A stretch of 61,953 nucleotides of DNA, filler included. It is 9 parts of 9 records of this genome, joined end to end, with 100 filler letters (N's around TTAATTAATTAA, not from the genome) between each part and the next. Parts side by side here need not be neighbours in the genome. Positions count along the whole stretch, not along the records: positions 57,020 to 59,360 come from SRR11831585_411; positions 59,461 to 61,953 come from SRR11831585_414; 7 more parts are not named here. One strand, given 5' to 3'. Numbering within the stretch: position 1 is the first letter of the stretch; each line of letters begins with the position of its first letter. A model generated the notes under the pieces. That model did not search any database. It worked only from the letters and a program-made list of their open reading frames with translations, and was not told the DNA's origin. Shown here in pieces: positions 57,968-61,953 of this stretch. Position numbers and translations under genes: made by a program.

Positions 57968-59360
57968 ATGGACGAAGATAGTATTCGTCTCTTGGAAGAG
58001 CGTACGCGCACACTGGTACGTGGAAACCGTTCGGCGGCAATTGCGCTGTTCAAGATCTTCCACAAGGAAGCGTACGGTACCGAGGCCACTCAAGTCAAAG
58101 TCGATATGTTGTATGCATGCGAATCGTTCTGCATTTATATGGTTCGAATCTAACAAAATGTAGGTCGCCTGATTCGGTACCGCAGAGGATCTCATTCATT
58201 TTGAGAAACAACAGAAGGACGTCCAGAAGCATGTACACTGTTATTGAAAAAGAAGTTTCAACGATGGTACATGATCTCTCTGGTTCGGATTCTCGATCTT
58301 CGCTTCTCTCTCTCCCTATCTACTCGCGCTTTTCTCTCTCCCTGTCTCTCTGACACTGTCGGTCATGCACATCTACACACAAGCGTACGTATATTATACT
58401 CTCTGGCTCGCGCTCGCTCTCTCCGCTCTTTCTCCGTTCTCTCTGGGTCGCTCCCTATCTCTCTCCCGCGCGTTCTCTGTGGGCGCGCTCCCTATAGGCC
58501 CTTAATTCTCTCCCTCTCTATAGCTCTCCTTCATGTTGTTAACTAACTTGTATATCGTTCTCATGCTTGTATCTATGTTATGTGTATAGGAGGCAGATAC
58601 ACCTGGAACGTCTGTGTCCGTCGAACACTCCGCATCCACCACATCGTCCCAGAGCTCCGTAACTCCTCAGCCCGCGCGCAGTGCCGCTGCCCTGGCGTCC
58701 CCTTCCACAGCACCACGCGCAAAGGCGGAGACCTTGAAACGCCGCCCGCGCGCGGATATTCACCACTACGACATGCGCGAGCTTCGCTCTAAGCTGACGG
58801 ATGTAGTGGGAGACATGGAGTCAGACCACTGGGAGGGGGCGCAATCCATGATCGTGTCGTCTATCAACGTACGCGTGTGTGTCGTTAGTTGCAATTATAT
58901 ATGTACATGTCCGCGGATACGCACGCATGTTTGAATATATTTATATATAATCCGTATATACCTGCGTACATGCATGTTTACTTATATAGCTTGTGCATGC
59001 GTTTGTTGTAGCCGTTGGTGCTCAAGGTGGCGGAGCACACCTTTGATCTCTGCCACCCGGATCAAATCAAAGCGGACGACAAGTACAAAGCAGCACCCCT
59101 GGAGGTGGTGAAGGCAGTCGTCGGGGCCATAGTGCAGCGCTTACAAGTGCGCGCAGATAGTAGTACGTGTGCATGGTGCTGCATGTATATACTTGTCTTT
59201 ATCTGCATATAACGCGCGGACATGCATTGTATACACGTATATCGAGCTGGAGGTCTCTTTACTCATATATATGTATGCACATGCACGCGTGTGCATGTAC
59301 TCTGTAGAATGGAACACACGCAAGTCCATCGCCAAAGAGATGACTGAGCATATGGTCAAG
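57968..59360 (+). CDS. Hypothetical protein (5 exons visible, 3' truncated)
   Basis: Phase-consistent GT-AG splicing from MDEDSIRLLEER to KWNTRKSIAKEMTEHMVK; no family recognised with confidence. Confidence 0.6.
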
Positions 59361-59460
59361 NNNNNNNNNNNNNNNNNNNNNNNNNNNNNNNNNNNNNNNN
59401 NNNNTTAATTAATTAANNNNNNNNNNNNNNNNNNNNNNNNNNNNNNNNNNNNNNNNNNNN
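59361..59460. other. Artificial spacer
   Basis: N44-TTAATTAATTAA-N44. Confidence 0.98.
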
Positions 59461-59727
59461 CACACACACACACACACACATACGCACACAAGCAGAGAGA
59501 GAGAACTGTGAGGGACAATGGACATAAACAGTGCCGAATGCACCTATCTCTATTGATTACACAGCATAGACATCCACCTTCTCAATACAGGGCATGTAGG
59601 ACATACATCGCACACAAATTGACATCCATGCATGCATGCACGCAACACAAACACACGCACACACATACGTACGCACACACATATACAAACACACGCACAG
59701 AGGGACACACACTTAAGTATTACGTAC

Positions 59728-61821
59728 ATATATCCATTGCTGTGCCATGGGCGCCATAAATAAAGGTATCGAGTGATAAATCGCACACCATTTTCCACTC
59801 CATATGCTCTGACCACGGGACCAGCGGCGTAAAACGCACGCGCTGCACACTGTCAGGACCGAGTCTAGAGGCGATTTCGCGCCGTAAGTTGGCGACCGCG
59901 CTCTGTGGGTACTCCAGCAGCCACAGATAACCGTTGGGGACCTAAAATACAGACAAACACACACATACACAAACAGTGAGCGAAAGAGAGTGAGCGAACT
60001 ACGGATGAAGAAAAGCCGGACAGACAAATGGTAACAGCCGCAGCCACGATGTGTGATTACAAGAGAAGGACGTGGTAGTTGTGAACTAACGTTGCGAAGT
60101 CACCGCGAAAGAAGGGCACCCCCGCCGCGCAAACGGAGACCGCCATACCTGTGTGAGGATCTGCATCCACGCATCCAGGGTCGCTGGATTCATCTGCACC
60201 CAACACACTGTTGTGTCAGAATACTCACAGGGCAACAAAGATGCAACAAGACAACAGATGGCGTTCAAACATACAGCATATACATAACACACACAGCAGG
60301 TAATATAACCCCTCCACACATACATACACAAATACAGCGCATACCTTATACAACTGATTAAAGTTACACATTAGCACGGCGTCGTCCCGTCCCGGCCCCT
60401 CCACCCCGTCACCAAGGATCTTGCGCCGAATCTCAGTGCGACGCGGCGCACTCAGTCTCACATCGGCATACAGCTCACGATAGCTGGTCGCAAAGAAGCT
60501 TCCCGGTACCATAATCAGATGCTCGGAATAGAGCGAACGGAGCTCGGGGGGCGAGGCGACACGGTCTGTCAGCAAATGTGTAATGAAAGGCGCGCCCATG
60601 GTCGATGCAAACCCGTTCACCTGTGTTTGCATACGTAAAGGGGTGAGGGCGCGTGGTGGGGGAGGGAGGAAGAGATAAGAAGTCCATTTCGCACGGACAG
60701 AAATCGCACGAAGGAGGAGCCGCTTCAAGTCACTCATTCAAGCACTCACCCACGCACACGCCTTTACACACAGGCATAGCACCCACATTACATACATACA
60801 CGCACATACATACATATATTACAGCGTGACACACCTGTATCTGCACCGGCGCCGGCTGCAATGCGAGGATGTCGTTTCGTGATCCCTCTGTCCAACCATC
60901 TAAACTTAACAGTACGTGCGGGCCGCGGCTCTGCTGCCCCTGCGTCTCACACACAATGGTTCGATACGCGCTGGTTGTGTTGAGCCCGGACAGCTCGACG
61001 AATCGCTCAAACTATCGGCGCGATGGGCGGTAAGTTAGTAACAGGTATCGAGAGGATGATGGGTCTCGCGAGCGTTGTATACCAAGTTCAAGAGAGAGAG
61101 AGAGAGAATCAGATCTTCCGAACAGTAGACGCTAGGCGGAGTTATGAGAAAACAGCATATGAGTAGGAAACAAGACCATTAAAAGCTTGTGTGTGAATGT
61201 GTGTGTTGATGATGAAGGAACCCCACGTACAGCCGCCTCTGAGTGAGCCCGAAGCGGTGAGTTATCGGACGGCGAGGTCGCATACCCCAACATCTCAAAC
61301 CTGCCACAAACACACACACGTAAACACACAAAAGGCAGACATCAGAATCCAACACGCAAATCATACCTGCTTCGATCGTGCAGCCCAAACACGCTGTACA
61401 TGGTGTGTGACAGGACATGCTGTCCAAAACCGCTGGTGATGTACCCCAGCCGAAGACGCTCTCCCTTCTGCAGCTGCAAAACAACAACAGGAGCGATAAC
61501 AACATCAGCACAACGACAAAAACAACAACACCAACACCACCACGACGGCCACCACCACCACCACCAGCTACAACGACAGCAACAACAACAGCAACAGACC
61601 GCATCAGAATCCCTCTGCGAGCCTGCTCTACCTATCGAACAAAAAACACCCACCCACAGCATTGGTCACACCCTCATACTGCGCTTCTCTTTGTATACCT
61701 TTATTGCAGGTGCGGCGTGTACCCGATAGGCACTGACTGTCTGCAGAGCCCAGCGAGCCTGCGCTTCCGCAAGTTGGCGAATGAGCGAGCGCGGGACGGG
61801 GTACACCAGGGCTTGAATGAT
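59728..61821 (-). CDS. O-GlcNAc transferase-like (GT41, OGT/SEC class) catalytic region, internal fragment (7 exons)
   Basis: RLRLGYITSGFGQHVLSH, LDGWTEGSRNDILALQPAPVQ, GFASTMGA, YSEHL, CNFNQLYKMNP, VPNGYLWLL, DLSLDT..GAHGTAMD. Confidence 0.88.
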
Positions 61822-61953
61822 CTGATAACGGGATACACACAGAGAATGAGAAACAACGAGACAATCACAAGCACACACAAGCGCAAAAAGCAGAACAGCG
61901 TCGCGTAAATCAACCCCTTCCCCCACCACACACACACACACATACACACACAC

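Noticed and set aside
17826-59460. Recurrent TTAATTAATTAA flanked by Ns as a biological repeat or CRISPR-like array
   Set aside because: Always exactly 44 N + 12 nt + 44 N with stops in six frames; an assembly linker. Gene adjacency across it has no meaning.

Overview
This window is not one biological locus. It is nine contigs joined by identical artificial 100-nt spacers (44 N + TTAATTAATTAA + 44 N). Seven contigs (1-17825, 17926-20685, 46276-51819, 51920-54574, 54675-56919, 57020-59360, 59461-61953) come from an unidentified intron-rich eukaryote, probably a protist, with GTACGT/GTATGT donors and TG-rich introns. By hand-splicing they encode: a >11 kb type-I membrane protein with Cys-rich, LamG, F5/8-like and CHB_HEX_C-like ectodomains and a cytoplasmic B-box; CDK10; a probably GPI-anchored leishmanolysin (M8) with two IPT/TIG domains; a WD40 protein; a CCDC162/DUF4549-like protein; ALDH3; allantoinase; a LITAF-domain protein; a C2H2 zinc-finger gene with an unknown divergent partner; and an OGT-like GT41 enzyme. 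Two contigs (20786-41425, 41526-46175) are Escherichia coli K-12-like DNA (hsdM'-hsdR-mrr-yjiA-yjiX-btsT-tsr-lgoTRD-opgB-yjjA-dnaC-dnaT-yjjB-yjjP; gltF-yhcA-yhcD-yhcE'::IS5), most likely food or cloning-host contamination; its hsdR carries both a frameshift and a nonsense codon. The most notable signal is three minor-spliceosome (U12-type) AT-AC introns among roughly 100 introns I could place, two of them in the giant receptor gene. All exon models are manual and lack transcript support.
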